Positions 12,979-26,700 of a stretch of DNA of 64,000 nucleotides are shown here, in pieces (positions within the stretch are counted from its first letter, which is position 1; each line of letters starts with the position of its first letter). Both the position numbers and the translations under genes were made by a program. Location of the stretch: positions 130,964,432 through 131,028,431 of the forward strand of contig NC_052159.1 in the NCBI RefSeq assembly GCF_902713615.1. Direction: 5' to 3'. The notes beneath the pieces are model-generated. The model ran no database searches, was not told the DNA's origin, and saw only the letters and a program-made list of their open reading frames with translations. Origin of the DNA: Scyliorhinus canicula. Its lineage: Eukaryota.

Positions 12979-13595
12979 GGGCTGGATTCTCCATTCCTGA
13001 GGCTAAGTGCCAGCGCGAATGGAGTATCTGCGAGGGTTTCACGACAGGAAAGTCAGCACAAACCCCTATTCCAGTACCGGGGAGGGGTTAGCACCGGCAC
13101 TGCATGAAATGCCCCTGGATCGCATTGAGTATGGCCGGAGAATCACCGGGTCCCGGGCTGCACACGCGCAGGGCTGACAACCTGCACTGGTCACGCCAGA
13201 AAATATGGCGCCGGCCATGTTCAAGCCCTAACCCGCGAACCCAGAGGCCACCTCCTGTCCACCCCTCACCACTCCCCCAGCCCCTCCCAGCCAGCGGCAA
13301 GAATCCCGCACGAGTGTGGCGGCGCTAAACACTGTCTGCAGCCGGCACGCTGGGTTCCTGACCACACATGGCCCGCACCGTCGGGAACCCAGCCCATCGT
13401 GAGTAGAGCATTGTGGGTGGGCCAGCCGATGACACGCCAGCGACACGCAGTGCACATCCCAATGACGCCGGTTTGGAGGGGCGGAGCATGGCAGACCAGG
13501 GTCAAATTGGCGCCTGCCCTGATTCCGACATGGGAATCTAACTCTGCCTGATCGCCGATCACGATTTCGGCGACGGGGTACGGAGAATCCAGCCC
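12979..13595. mobile_element. Harbinger-type MITE
   Basis: TIRs GGGCTGGATTCTCC / GGAGAATCCAGCCC; TSD not matched. Confidence 0.88.
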
Positions 13596-14399
13596 AATAT
13601 ATCCTCCCCCGCCTCAAATAGATAAAAGCTTAGTGTACACAATTCAACAACGATGATAGAAAATAAATCTAAAATAGCAACATAAAATATAGACTCATCA
13701 GTCACGATGTAGAGATTGTTAAATCAAACGACCTGATCTAGAAGGATGATATCAGTTCTTGTAATTTGAAACAGATACATATGGACCTTTCTCTGTACAA
13801 GTGAATACCTAAATTCTGCTCAACATTCCATCTGGTTTGTGATAGAGTCTTCCATTGATCTGGGATCATGGACTATGCTGACCTGATCTCGATCCTGGTG
13901 CAACATAGCACCAGGCGAAAGAGTAACCTTAAGGTGGATCTGGTTGGACCTTAAAGACTGATATGCAGCACTCCACATTCCAGTTACATGATTCTTTATG
14001 TAGTTCACCATCTTCTGCCAGTAACTGTATTATTGATCATTCATATCTTCCAGTTGTGAATTAACCTGCAGTTGAAGATTATCTATTACAACATTAGTTT
14101 GATCACTTTTCTTCTCTCATGATTCACTATTTTTTCAAACTCTGTTCTTGGTTGAATTTCTTTTTACTAACTTCTTGTATTTGTCCTGAGCTGCCATGAG
14201 GCAGTTGAACTGCTTGGCCTGTCCCCATGGCCATGACCAATGCCATGTATCATGACCAGGGTCAAATTCCTACTTGCCTGTAGTTTTGCATTGGCAGGCC
14301 CAGCCTTTTGGATGATGTAAAAGTTTTGGGACTTCCATTCCAATTGGTTTTGTTTGCAATTAAGCTTGATAGATCCGAAATGCAGAATCGATGAACCAT

Positions 14400-17300
14400 T
14401 TGTATGTGGTCAGCTGAATATTTGTTGTCATTATCATGACTCATTTCCCAGCCCTGTGAGGACACACATTCTGAACCAAAAGGCTTCCAAAGCTCGACAA
14501 GCAGCCAAAATGGCAGATAATTATGAGCTTGTCCACAAGTCCTTACCACAAGGGACACCCTTTATCTGGCACCCCCACAATTTTGAGAGAGATAGTAGAT
14601 GAGAGGGTGAAAGGAAGTTGAAAAGCCAGAGCTGGTCAGCAAAGTTTGGAATGCGGGGGTGGGACCCTCTTCAGGCCAACAAAGGAAGCTGCTGAGAGTA
14701 AGAATGATCTCCAGAATGCTATGTCCTTTCATTGCACCCGAGTCGGACACCTAAGCACTGATTGTTGGAAGTTATGGCAATAGTCTGTAGATATGCAGGT
14801 GAAGTGGATTGGCCATGATAAATTACCCCTTCGTGTCCAGGGATATGCAGGTAACGTTACAGGGTTATGGGTCGAGGGCAGAGTGGATCTGTGCAGACTC
14901 GATGGGCCAAATGGCCTCCTTCCGCACTTTAGGGATTCTGTGATTCTATGATTTGTTAGCATACAGCAGGTCATTGCAAGAGAATGGGCCCAGACTGGGA
15001 TCAGAGCAGAAAAGGCAATGGCTCTGACCATGGCAAGTACAAGCCCTCGTAAAAACATTGCTGTGGATGTAGGCGAAGTGAGCAAGATTCCTGAGAGTTA
15101 CAGGGATTTTTTGTCGAAAGGAAAAGTGGCTCCCTACCCCTCAAGTAAAGCTGATAAACCCATAGTCATACTTAGCGGCACACACGCCACTCAATTACAT
15201 TTTGCTGGGGAAGGCTTTGCACCAGAGTACTTTGAATATCAAGATTTTATTTAATGGACCATGTGGGTGTCCAGAAGGTTGTGGGGAAGCCCTAGCCTGC
15301 AATAAAACCTATGATTGCCATGTCACCTTTTGGTAAATCATTAAGCAGGCTGTTGGTAAGTTGTATAGACCCCTTGCCAAAAACAGAGGAGGCCGCCAGC
15401 ATATCCTCACCATTTTGGATGTGGCTACCTGGTTTCTAGAGGTCATAGACATAGGCATAGAATTTACAGTGCAGAAGGAGGCCATTCGGCCCATTGAGTC
15501 TGCACCGACCCCTGGAAAGAACACCGCACACCTCCACCCTAGCCCCATAACCCAGTAACCCCAGCTAACCTTTTTGGACACTAAGGACAATTTAGCGTCA
15601 CCAATCCACCCAACCTACACATCTTTGGACTATGTGAGGAAACCCACGCAGACATGGGGAGAAAGTGCAAACTCCACACGGACAGTAACCAAGCCTTGAA
15701 TCGAACCTGGGACCCTGGAGCTGTGAAGCAACTGTGCTAACCACTGTGCTACCGTGCTGCCCCTCCTGAGGACCACTTCTGCCAAGGTAATGGTGAAGAT
15801 GTTAACACACTTCTTCGCCTGATATGGATCACCATTGGATATTCAGTGAGATCAGGGCACCAGTTTTATGTCCAAAATCTTTCAGAAAGTCATGAGTAAT
15901 CTAGGTCTAACCTGTCTAAAATCCTCGGTCTGCCAAGGGCTTTAGAATGGCAACATCAAACCCCCAAGATGATAGTCAAGACCGACAGTCATGAGACCCG
16001 CATGACTGGGACAAAAGACTGGGATTTTCCTGTTTACCACCAAGGACTCACCCAATGAGTCCACTAGCTTTAGTCCCTCAGAATTAGATTTGGAACCTGA
16101 TTGATGTAAGAGGTCTTCCAAAACTAATCAAGGAAAGACTTTTAGAGTAAAGGGACAAATCTTCAATGTTAGATTACATATCAGCGTTCAAGAAACAGCT
16201 TAGGAGAGCCTGAAACATGGCCTTGAAGCTTCACAGACAATCATGAAAATACGGGCAGCCAAGTATGACAACCCAAGAGGCCATGTGTTAGTGTTACTAA
16301 TCTTACAGGGTGAACTGCTGGAGGTTTGGGTCAGAGATCCGTATGGTGTAGCAAAGAAGATTGGTGAGGTGAATTATTTAATTGATACCCTGGACCACAG
16401 CAAATAGAAAAGAGCAGGCTGTATTACATCAACACGCTGAAACAGTGCCAAAGCCTGGAGGAGAATAAGCAAGCACAGGAAGCAGAGTGAAGGGTTTAAG
16501 GGACAGTGGGGTTGAGGATGAGGCAGAGGCAGGTCTGGACAACTCTCATATTGAACCTCCTACTGTTTGGTTAACTAACACGGAACTGTTAGCAAGATTA
16601 GAAACTGTGTTCTCATTTAAATGCAGAACAGAGCAGACTAACAACACTGCTCACAGCTTTTAAGGGAGTCTGTGGAGAAAAACCAGGATACACAACCATA
16701 GCCGTACACGATGTGGAGGGCAGACCGCTCCCATAAAACACCATCCTTATTGCAGAGGTCCCGAGAAACTAAGCAAAGAACCTAGTACATGTTGGAACAA
16801 CCTGACTGACCCCAGTCAAAGTAGCTGGAGTTCCCAGGTCGTGCTAGACCCTGAGCCTGATGGCTCATTCGGGCTCTGGATTGACTGCATAAAGGTTAAT
16901 GTCGTGACCAGGGTTGACTCCAATCCAATTCCCCTCCTGGAGGATTGTATTGACAGGATAGAAAGTGCCACATTTATAACAAAAATAAATCTGCTTGAGG
17001 GATATTGGCAGGTTCCCTTAACACCCCGACCTAAAGAAATCTTGCCTTTCTCACCGCAGACGGCCTATTCCAATGCCGAGTTATGCCATTCGGACAAATA
17101 AATGCTCTGACCACCTTCCAGAGGCTAATGTACCAGGTGGTGGCCAGGGTCCCTAACCCTGTAGTGTACCAGGATGACCTACTAGTGACACCTGGAAGGA
17201 TCACTTGGAACAACGGAAAGCCCTTTTTGGAGATTCAGCTGATTTTGTGCTAAATCTTGCAAGAAGCGAGTTTACAAAAGGAAGGTAACCTAACTAGGGC

Positions 17301-17820
17301 ATATAGTGGGTCAGGGACAAGTATTGCCAAAAACAGCAAAGGTGCAGGCACAATGGACTCCCCAGCCCCCAAGACTAAATTGTAAATGAAACAGTATTTC
17401 TGAATAGTTAGCTTCTACTGGAAATTCATCACAAACTTCAGCACTATTGCCACCCCATTGATGGACTTGGTACAGAAAGAAAATGAAGGTAGTGGCGTGT
17501 CAAACAGTTTTTGATAGGTAAGAATCTATCTTAATCAACAAGCCAGTGCCTGTTGCCCCAATCTTCGATAAGTCATTCAAGGAGGTAGTGCTGTCCTGCT
17601 AAAAGAGGATGGGTCGGGAATAGAGTGCCTATTGGGCTACTTCTCGAAAAGGTTAAATCAACACTCCACTGTGGAGAAGGAAGCCCTGATACTGTGACTG
17701 GCTCTTAAAGACTTTGAAATATATGGCCACCACGGACACAGGGCTATCTTAGCATATACCCAACCTTTTTGGAAAAATTCAAACCCAGAATACCTGGCTA
17801 TTTCAATGGGGTTTGCTATG
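14400..17820 (+). mobile_element. Decayed Gmr1-like Gypsy retrotransposon internal region (gag-PR-IN-RT-RH)
   Basis: Degenerate Zn knuckle SFHCTRVGHLSTDC (14724-14766), protease-like PIVILSGTHATQ, integrase HILTILDVATWF and IQ*DQGTSFMS (about 15840), then RT EDCIDRI/GYWQVPL/VYQDDL (16840-17180) and RNase H STVEKEAL. Confidence 0.85.
15445..15762 (-). mobile_element. HE1-type SINE inserted in the integrase region; a second partial copy lies at about 14785-14945 (+)
   Basis: Match to the other HE1 copies. Confidence 0.9.
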
Positions 17821-18508
17821 AGAGTCCGATCACTTGAAAATCACCCACTTCGCAGTTCACATGATTCAGATTTTTTTGACACGTTGCAATGAAACATGCC
17901 CACAGATCATGTTTCATTCCCTGTGAGGTGAAGACATTGCGAAGATGTGCTACAATAGAATAATGTGTTTTCTTCTTCATTCTTTCATGGGATGTGAATG
18001 GCGTTGGCAACAGCAGCATTTGTTGCAAACCCCTAATTGTCCATAAACTGAGTGGTTCGCTTGACCATTTCACTGTGTAGTTAACAATGAGCCACATTAC
18101 TGTGGATCTGTAGTTACCTTTAGGCCAGACCAGGTAAGGGTGGGAGATTTACAAGGTTTCTTGGACTAAGAATCTGTTTGGGATTCAAATGCAACCATGT
18201 GCTTAAGGTCGTACCTAGCTTACCATAGCCATGTGCCCTCTGCCATGGGGCACAGGTTGGGTGCACCTATGTTACATTCAGTTATGGTAAAGACATTGTA
18301 CTAAAAGCACTGTACGCTTTGAGATTATAGCAAAATCCTTGCTCAATATGCTCCTTTGGCACTCACAGCACATTCAGATGTACATTCTGTTGGCTCACAA
18401 CAACACCATCTTTGAGCAAGCCACCTAAGATAGACCCCCTGGGCTTCTCCAAGAGATCTCCAAGTATGCCTCCATTGTTGTGGATGCAATCGCTAGCTCA
18501 AGGATATG

Positions 18509-19490
18509 GGGCGGGATTCTCCAATAATGGTGCTATGTCCCCACGCCAGCGGAAAAACACTGGCGAATCACTCTGGACTTTCCTTAAGAAAGTCCTGAGC
18601 GATTCTCCTACCAGTAGGGGGCCAGCAGGGCCCCGGAGTGCTTCTCGCAGCTCTGGCTGCGGATACGGGGCCCCGCACTTCCGGTCGGGGGGCTGCGCAT
18701 GCGCACGGCGGCAGCCCCGTGGGACATGGCGGACACGGACCGCGGAGCACCAGAAATGTAGGCCGCCCCGAGATTGTGCGCGCCCGCTGGTCCGTGACGG
18801 CGATCGCCCCCCCTGGCCATCCATGAGGCCCCACCCCTGGGTGATTGATCCCCCTCCCCCCGCCCCCCCCCCACCAGGGTGGCCACAGCCTGAGTCCACA
18901 GCTGCCACCGGCCGTTCCTGATGGCCGATAGGTGGTTTGAACCACACCGCCGGGAACTCCGCCAGTTGACAATCGAGGCGGCGACTTAGCCCATCAAAGG
19001 GCCAGTTGAATGTAATTTTACATGGCCCATCTGCTTTTACGGGTGGCGGCGGGTGGATCAGTTGACCGGGCAACCTTCACATTTTAGCTTCAACCTTGAT
19101 CCAGGAAATGTCAGGGCTGAAATAAAATTTCAAAAGTTATCTGGGTACTGAGGCCTGTGTTAGAATGTGCTGCCGAGACACCCTTTGCAATGTTTTTCCA
19201 TCGTTATTGATTTTTCACACGTCTGCACCTCCCCGAGACAGCTCCACAGTGACTATCCTCCACTGAGGGAAGACATTAGAAGTGCCAGCCCTGTTTCTCA
19301 GCACCCGCCCTCTTCCTGACCTCCCCACCAGCACTCAGCCTTTCACAGCACATCTTTCATGCTGGCTGCCATCGATTGGCCAGCCAGTGTGAAATCGCTC
19401 TTCAGGGCCGATCGTGCCCAGAGGTGCGTTTTGCGCCCACTTCTGTACCTGTTGAGTGCATGCGCTCAAAGGCTGAAAAATGCACACCAA
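18509..19490. mobile_element. Truncated Harbinger MITE joined to an older GC-rich non-autonomous element
   Basis: Left TIR GGGCGGGATTCTCC; no matching right TIR found; GCGCATGCGC motif. Confidence 0.6.
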
Positions 19491-19699
19491 CTTTTTTAAT
19501 CTTGTGATATCTGAATGTATACTCCTAGTGCCTTTTGTGACTCCAAGATTTTCTCATTGCTCCTATCAACATTACAAAATGATCAAAATTGAAATATAGT
19601 TGCTATTGCTCGCCCACTCAGCAAGTTTGTTAGTTTTTCTCCATGTATTATGTCACAATCTTCCTTAGCTTTTCAATGCTCCATTTCAATCTTCCTCTG

Positions 19700-19931
19700 A
19701 GAATTTATTTCACAAATTTAGAGTACCTAATTCATTTTTTCCCATTAAGGGACAATTTAGCATGGCCAATCCACCCAACCTGCACATCTTTTGGGTTGTG
19801 GGGGCAGAACCCATGCAGGCACGGGGAGAATGTGCAAACTCCACACGGACAGTGGCCCATAGCCGGGATCGAACCAGGGACCTTGGCGCCTAGAAGCAGC
19901 AGGGCTAACCCACTGCGCCACCGTGCTGCCC
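19700..19931 (-). mobile_element. V-SINE (short-tail type)
   Basis: HE1-like head; flanked by a duplication of AATCTTCCTCTGAGA. Confidence 0.85.
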
Positions 19932-20179
19932 TACTGATAATCTTCCTCTGAGATATCGGCACTCCTCTAATTGTGGCCTTGTGTGCATTCCCAATTATAG
20001 TTACACCACCACTGGTAGCTGCTCCTTCCAAGTTCTGGTATTCTCTCCCTGCACCAATTCTCTGCCTGCTTTCTTCTCTTAAGACACTTTTTCAAACAGA
20101 ATTCTTTGACCGAGCTTCTGGGGAACCATCCTCTCCACATCCATTCTGTCAAAATCCCTCCGGATCCTATATGTTTAAA

Positions 20180-21716
20180 TCAAGTCACCTCTTACTCTTG
20201 CAATTCCATTGGACAGCAGCCTGGCCTGTCCAGCCTTTTCTCATAGGACCACCCACCCATTCCTAGTACTAGTCTAGTAACGCTTCTCTGAACTGCTGCT
20301 AATGAATTTACATCCTTCCTTAAATAAGGAGACCAGTACTGCACATAATACTCCAAATGTGGTCTTACCAATGCCTTGTATAGCTGAAGCATAACCTCTC
20401 TATTTTTGTTTTTCCGATTCATGTAACAGGAAAACTCGATTCATCTGAATCTCAGAGCTCTGCCATCTCTCACCATTGAGATAATATAGAACATAGAACA
20501 TAGAATAGTACAGCACAGAACAGGCCCTTCGGCCCTCGATGTTGTGCCGAGCAATGATCACCCTACTTAAACCCACGTAACCCGTATACCCGTAACCCAA
20601 CAATCCCCCCATTAACCTTACACTACGGGCAATTTAGCATGGTCAATCCACCTAACCTAACACCTAACTATGCTTCTTGTTTATCCTTTCTGCCAAAATG
20701 GACAATTTCACATCTCGCCGAATTATATTACATTTGTCAGAAGTTTGCCCACTCCTGATATGCCCATCACAACTTTACTACCTATCTTTCTGGCATCAGC
20801 AAATTTATCAACCACAGCTTTGAAACCTTCAAAAAATGGCAAAATGTTGAGGGGCAAGCACTGATCCCTGTGGCACACCATTCCTTACATTTCGCCAATC
20901 AAAAAGATACCCATTTATGACTACTCTATATTTCATGTTAGTTAGTCAATCTTCTATCCATGCCAATATGTTATCCACTATAGCGTGAGCTTCAATTTTC
21001 CGCAATAACCTTTGATGAGGCACCTCATCAACTGCCTTCTGAAAATCAAGTGCAGTACATCTACCAGTTCCCCTTTATTCACAGCACGCGTTACTTCTTC
21101 AAAGAACTCCAATAAATTGAGGAAACATGATTTCCCTTTCACAACACCATACTAATTCAGCCTGATTACCTTAAATTTATCTAATGCCCTGTTAACTTTG
21201 TCTTTAGTAATGGCTTCTAACATTTTCCCTGTGTCAGATATTTCCCACTTTCTGTTTCCTTCCTTTTTTGAATGATGGAGTTACATTCACTATTTTCCAA
21301 TCTTTAAAAAAATATACATTTAGAGTACTCAATTCTTTTTTTTTCCAATTAAGGGACAATTTAGCATGGCCATTCACCTACACTGCACATCATTTTTGGG
21401 TTGTGGGGGTAAACCCACCCAGACATGGGGATTATGTGCAAACTCCACATGGACAGTGACCCAGGTCTGGGATCGAAAAAGGGTCCTCAGCACCGTGAAG
21501 CAGCAGTGCTAACCACTGCACCACCGTTCTCCCCAAGCTATTTTCCAATCTGAGGAACCTTCTCTTCTCAAGGGATTTTCGGAAAATTAAAACCAACTGA
21601 TCAACTATCTCATTCGCCATTTATTTTAAGGCCCTAGCATGAAACCTGGGCTTGTCAACTCGCAGCTCTAATGATTTACTATGTACCGCTTCCCTGGTCA
21701 TTGCAATTTTCCTGAG
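20180..21716 (-). mobile_element. Decayed CR1 LINE ORF2 with nested SINEs (about 20485-20660 and 21305-21533)
   Basis: LYKALVRPHLEYYVQYWSPY (CR1 RT C-terminus) and RT remnants upstream. Confidence 0.85.
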
Positions 21717-22032
21717 TGTGGTGAATCACAGTAGCGTAATTCACACTGTATTACACATGTTGTACTATGTCTCTGTAAGCTCGGCACACGAGCAGTTGTG
21801 CTGCTCTGCCACTAGGGGGAGATGCACTGGGAGTGTACGGGAGTTTGTACTGGGCTCCACCCTTGGCTCTACCCACAGCTCCTCCCCCCTAACCGGAAGT
21901 ATAAAGGTTGATGCTGAGAGCCTGCCTGCCAGTTCATCTGGAGTTCATCTTGTTGTGGCAGGCTCTGTTGTAAGACGATTAAAAGCACTGTTCACTTCTA
22001 ACCACGTGTCGCGTGAATTGATGGTCTCATCA
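21717..22032 (+). mobile_element. Solo LTR, same family as 6927-8144
   Basis: TG..CA, 5-bp TSD CTGAG, alignable to the LTRs along its full length. Confidence 0.93.
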
Positions 22033-22529
22033 CTGAGTTCCTCGCTCTCTCACATTTCCTAATTCAAATCTATTTCTGGAATGTTACTTGTATTGTCTAT
22101 TGTCACAGAGTACCATTTTGAGTACAGAGCATAAGCCTTCTTCCTGTGTAATTGTTTTATTGTCCTCTGTTGTGGGTTCTGAACATATATAGTCCGTGAT
22201 GGGCTTAGCAGTTTGCAAGAGGCTGAACTTTAAGCAAGTTTTACTAGAGCTCCTGTTTTCATAGTTATTACTGCTACTATTATTCTGCTGAGTTGCTGTT
22301 ATTGTTAAACATTGTTATTTATTTATACAAAGAAATTCCTTCTTTTAAGCAATGCATTTGATTACCTTCTTTGTGGTCTCAAGTTACTGGATATATAGTG
22401 ATGACCAATGCAAATACCTGCTCAGTTCATCTGAAATCTCCTTATGTTCCATTATCAACTCCCGACTTTCATATCCCAGAGGGCTTAGGGCCTGGTGGTG
22501 GAGGACCTGATGGGGGAAATGGCTTTCGG

Positions 22530-22990
22530 CCATCCAGATGGAGTGTACAATCCATTGAAGTTGACTTTGCAGCAGCTTTGCCTGCATGCTTGTGGAGCTG
22601 CTTCAAGAAGGACATGAGCATGTGTTGAATGGTCTATGCATTAAATCCAGAGGATGTGCTCGGAGGCAATGCTGATGGAATTTCTCCAGCAGTTTAGTGT
22701 GTCTCCGATCCATGCCCAGGTCTCTCTGCAGCACAGGAATGTGGATGAATCAAGGCTTTTGTTGATCCGCGCAGCTCTTCGTTGTCAAACGCTCGCTGAG
22801 GTAATTTGGAGCAGGCTGAATTGGTTCAGCTGATCTAATGTTGGTTCTCGCTGTCAGTGTAAGATTTTGAGAGAAGCTGCCAAGATGCTGAACATATTCC
22901 AGAGTTTCTCCTTCAACAGCTACGTGAGGTGGAATATTTGGCTGGCCGGGTGTGCGTTCACATATGAGTTTTATTTTGGCAACATTCAAG
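22530..22990 (-). mobile_element. RTE-like LINE fragment
   Basis: VEGETLEYVQHLGS resembles the RTE post-RT region (LE.V..F.YLGS). Confidence 0.5.
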
Positions 22991-23229
22991 GACCTTCAAC
23001 ATTCAATGGCTGTAAATAACGTGCAATTTATTACATTCTCACAGCAAACAAAGGACACTCTGCATCTTTAATGTTGGAAAGTCTTCGATCTCTTTTCTTG
23101 CTGTGCACAGTCAGAGATAAACCACACCTACATCGAACTCAGACAGCTAGGGAGGTTTTTGAAAAAGAATGATATAATGTGAATGTGCAAGGTGGCAAGA
23201 AGTTTGTAGCCCAAATGAGAATCTTGTTT

Positions 23230-23553
23230 AGAACATACAGTGCAGAAAGAGGCCATTCGGCCCATCAAGAATGCACCGACCCACTTAAGCCCTCACTTCC
23301 ACCCTATCCCAGTAATTCAATAACCCCTCCTTAACCTTTTTTTGGGGGTCACTAATGGAAATGTATCATGGCTAATCCACCTATCCTGCACGTCTTTGGA
23401 CTGTGGGAGGAAACCGGAGCACCCAGAGGAAACCCATGCAGACACGGGGAGAACGTGCAGACTCCACACAGACAGTGACCCAGCGGGGAATCGAACCTGG
23501 GACCCTGGCGCTGTGAAGCCACAGTGCTATCCACTTGTGGTATCGTGCTGCCC
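23230..23553 (-). mobile_element. HE1-type V-SINE
   Basis: Full head, V-domain and CR1-type tail. Confidence 0.9.
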
Positions 23554-23924
23554 CACTTATTTTTAAGTAAAATAAGACAACTGGCTGCTATGGAAAAGTG
23601 AGATGTGTTCATTATTTCATTTTATTATGCAAAGACAATCTGTCAGGGTTGAATTAAATGAGTCAGATCATATCTGTTATTTAGTTTTTACACTTAACTG
23701 CAAAGTAAAGCTGCTCATCGATTTATATTGAGTTTCTTCTCACTAAGTGTCAATCTGCCTGCAGAGAGACTCAAGAAGTGTACTTGGGAAACACATGAAT
23801 ATACACTTCAAATTGCAGGGAGTTCTACATTCCCAAGAATATGCAGTCATAAAGTGGATACAGGGCTGTCAGAATGAAATCTCACAAAATCAAATCACAG
23901 GTTTCTAATAGGAGCAGCTTTTAA

Positions 23925-25270
23925 AAATATTCTTCATGAGATGTCTCAAGTATTTCTTCCCTTCTCAGATTTTTCTGGTGAGCCACCTTCTTGAACTGCT
24001 GCAGTCCATCTGGTGCGTGCTCCATAGTTCTTTTCGGAAGCGAGTTCAAGGATTAAGGACCAATGGCAGTGAAGGAGTGATGCTGTAGTTCCAAGTCAGG
24101 TTGGTACGTGATTTGGAGTGCCTGCAGGCAGCCATGCTCCCATGCCTCTATTGCACATGTACAGCGAGGTGGTGGAGGACAGCTTTGGAACGTGTGGTCA
24201 AGGAGGATTGATGAGTTGCTGTAATGCACCTTATGTATAGTGAGCAAGGCTGCCTCTGTGCAATGGTGGTGGTGAGAGTGAATGTTTGAGTTGGTGGATG
24301 GCATGACAACCAAACAAAATGGACTGCTTTGTCCTGGATGGTGTTGACATTCTTGAATGCTGTTGGAGCTGCACTCATTCCGCAAAGTGGAAAGCAGTCA
24401 GAAAGTGTGTTACTTGCCTCAGAATTTCCAGTCTCTGAACAGATCTGGGGCGGGATTCTCCCCTAACAGGCGGGGCGGGTCGTACCGGCGCCGAGGAGTG
24501 GCATGAAACACTCCGGGCTGGGCCGCCCGGAAGGTGTGGAATCCTCCACACCTTCAGGGGCGGGGCCGTGCCGTCGGGATTGGCGCCAGCCGGCGCCGAA
24601 GGGCCTCCGCCGTCCGGCGCGAGTTGGCGCATGCGCGGTAGCACCGGCGTGTACTGGCGTCATGCCAGCTCATGCGCAAGGGGCTTCTTCTCCACGCCGG
24701 CCATGGCGGACCGTTTCAGCGGCCGGCGCGGAGGGAAAGAGTGCCCCCATGGCACAGGCCCGCCCATGGATCAGTGGGCCCCAATCGCAGGTGAGGCCAC
24801 CGTGGGGGCCATCCCCGGGGCCAGATCCCCCCACACCCCTCCCAGGACTCCGCAGGCCGTCTTCAGGACCAGGTCCCACCAGTATGGACCTGGTTTGATT
24901 TACGACGGCGGGACCGGCCGAAAACGGGCGGCCGCTCGGCCCTTCACGGAGCGGGGAATGACCAGTAGGGGCCGCTGCTAACCGTCCCCAACCGGCACAA
25001 CGCAATGCCCGCCCCCGCCTAAAAACCGGCGCCAGAGAATCCGGCAGCCGGCGTCGGGGCAGGGGGGCGGGATTCAGGACGCCCCCTGGCGATTCTCTGG
25101 CCCGGCGGGGGGGGGGGGGGGTGGGGGGGGGGGGGTCGGAGAATCCCACCCCTGGTGTCCATGCTATTTACATGGCTGGTCCAGTTAAGTTTCAGATCAA
25201 TGGTAATCCCCAGGATTTTGATAGTAGGGAAGTCCAGCAATGGTGGTCTCTTGTTGGAGATGGTCACTGG
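23925..25270 (-). mobile_element. LINE 3' fragment (CR1/L2 group), interrupted by a MITE
   Basis: IKILGITIDLKLNWTSHVN and IQDKAV remnants; the same family tail occurs at about 17960-18150, 60980-61400 and 61615-61715. Confidence 0.7.
24448..25151. mobile_element. Harbinger-type MITE (related to 4990-5666)
   Basis: TIRs GGGCGGGATTCTCC / GGAGAATCCCACCC; TSD CTG. Confidence 0.92.
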
Positions 25271-25689
25271 AGGAGTGGGCCTAGGTAGGGTGGGGAAGTG
25301 GATCTAGGTAGGGTGCTCTTTCAGGGAGTCGTTGCAGACTCGACAGGCTGAATGGCCTCCTCCTGTAGGGATTCTAAGAGGTAACAGTGAGGAGTGAGAA
25401 GAGAAGCCATTGCAGCTTTTTCAATGGCTATGAAAGAATACATTCAAATTAATTCAGGCAAGTGGTTGTTATAATCTAGAAAGTTGTGTAGGATATAACT
25501 GGAGCCAATCCTTACATTCTTTGTTAAGCATTTATTAACACAGCTGCAGATTACAAGCAAACTATCCCAATAACCACATTTTAGTCTGTGTGTAAACAAT
25601 GGTGCCTTCCCCAGTTGATGGCCACCAATTGCTTATAATTAAACAAAATTAATGAGTGATTAAAAGCAGTTTCACCCAGTTGGAAGATG

Positions 25690-26700
25690 CTGGAGATATA
25701 TTGGAGCATAACTTCTTGATCATGTCAAAGGTTGCAGATAGGTCAAGAAGGATGAGGAGCGGCAGTTTCTCCTTGTCATCGTCAACTAAGATGTCACTTG
25801 TGCCTTTGGGAAGAGCCATTGTGGCACTGTGACATAAACAGAGAACTGATTAGAGGGACTCAACAATGATTTAGAGAAGGGCATTTGGGAACAGATAGCA
25901 CGATCAAGAGCTTTAGAGAAGAAAAGGGGTATTTGAGATAGGGTAGTCATTTGCAAAAGAGTCAAGGGTTTGTTTTGTGAGTATGGTTGCGATCCAGGTG
26001 TATTTAAAGGAATGGAGTTCAGTACTTGAGTATGAACCAGTAATAATGTCAGCTAACATGGGTGCCTCGAAGGGAAGGTGAGTGGCCAGTTCTTCAGAAG
26101 AGATAGGGTCTAGAGAGAAAGAGTTGGGACTCGTGTACATACAAATTAGGAGTAGGAATACGCCATTCAGCCCCTTGAGCCTGCTGTACCATTCAACAAG
26201 ATCATCACTGATCTAATTGTAACCTCAGAATCACATTCCGGCCTACCCCCCGATAACCTTTCACCCGCCTAACCTTAAAAAGATTAAAAGATGATGCTTC
26301 CACTGCCTTTTGGGAAAGAGAGTTCCAGAGGCTCACGACCCTCTGAGAGAAAGGATTGCCTTCATCTCCTCATGAAAACAATGAGTTTAGACAGAGCATG
26401 AAGGGAGAATGAAGAGAAAGTAAAGAAAGATGAAAATTCAGAGTCAGGACAGGGAGAACCTATGAGGCAGTTAGGTCCAATGGCCTAGGAAGAAGGAGGA
26501 AAGCAGCAAAGGTAGCTGATTGAGTCTGGTTCCAAAAGAATCCATGTGCTCATCACATGTTAGATGTGAGTTTGAAAGAGTCAGAGGAAGGTGGAGGTAA
26601 GGGATAGGTTAACAAAGCAGATAGTCGTGGATAACAGAATCCAGGTGTTTGCTTTGCCATTCTGGATGATCTTTGAACAATGGTCTGTTTCAGTGTTCAG
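25690..26700 (-). mobile_element. Old L2-like LINE fragment with a nested CR1 tail (about 26140-26370)
   Basis: SLDPI..DSFANDYPISNTPFL resembles the L2 RT N-terminus. Confidence 0.6.
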
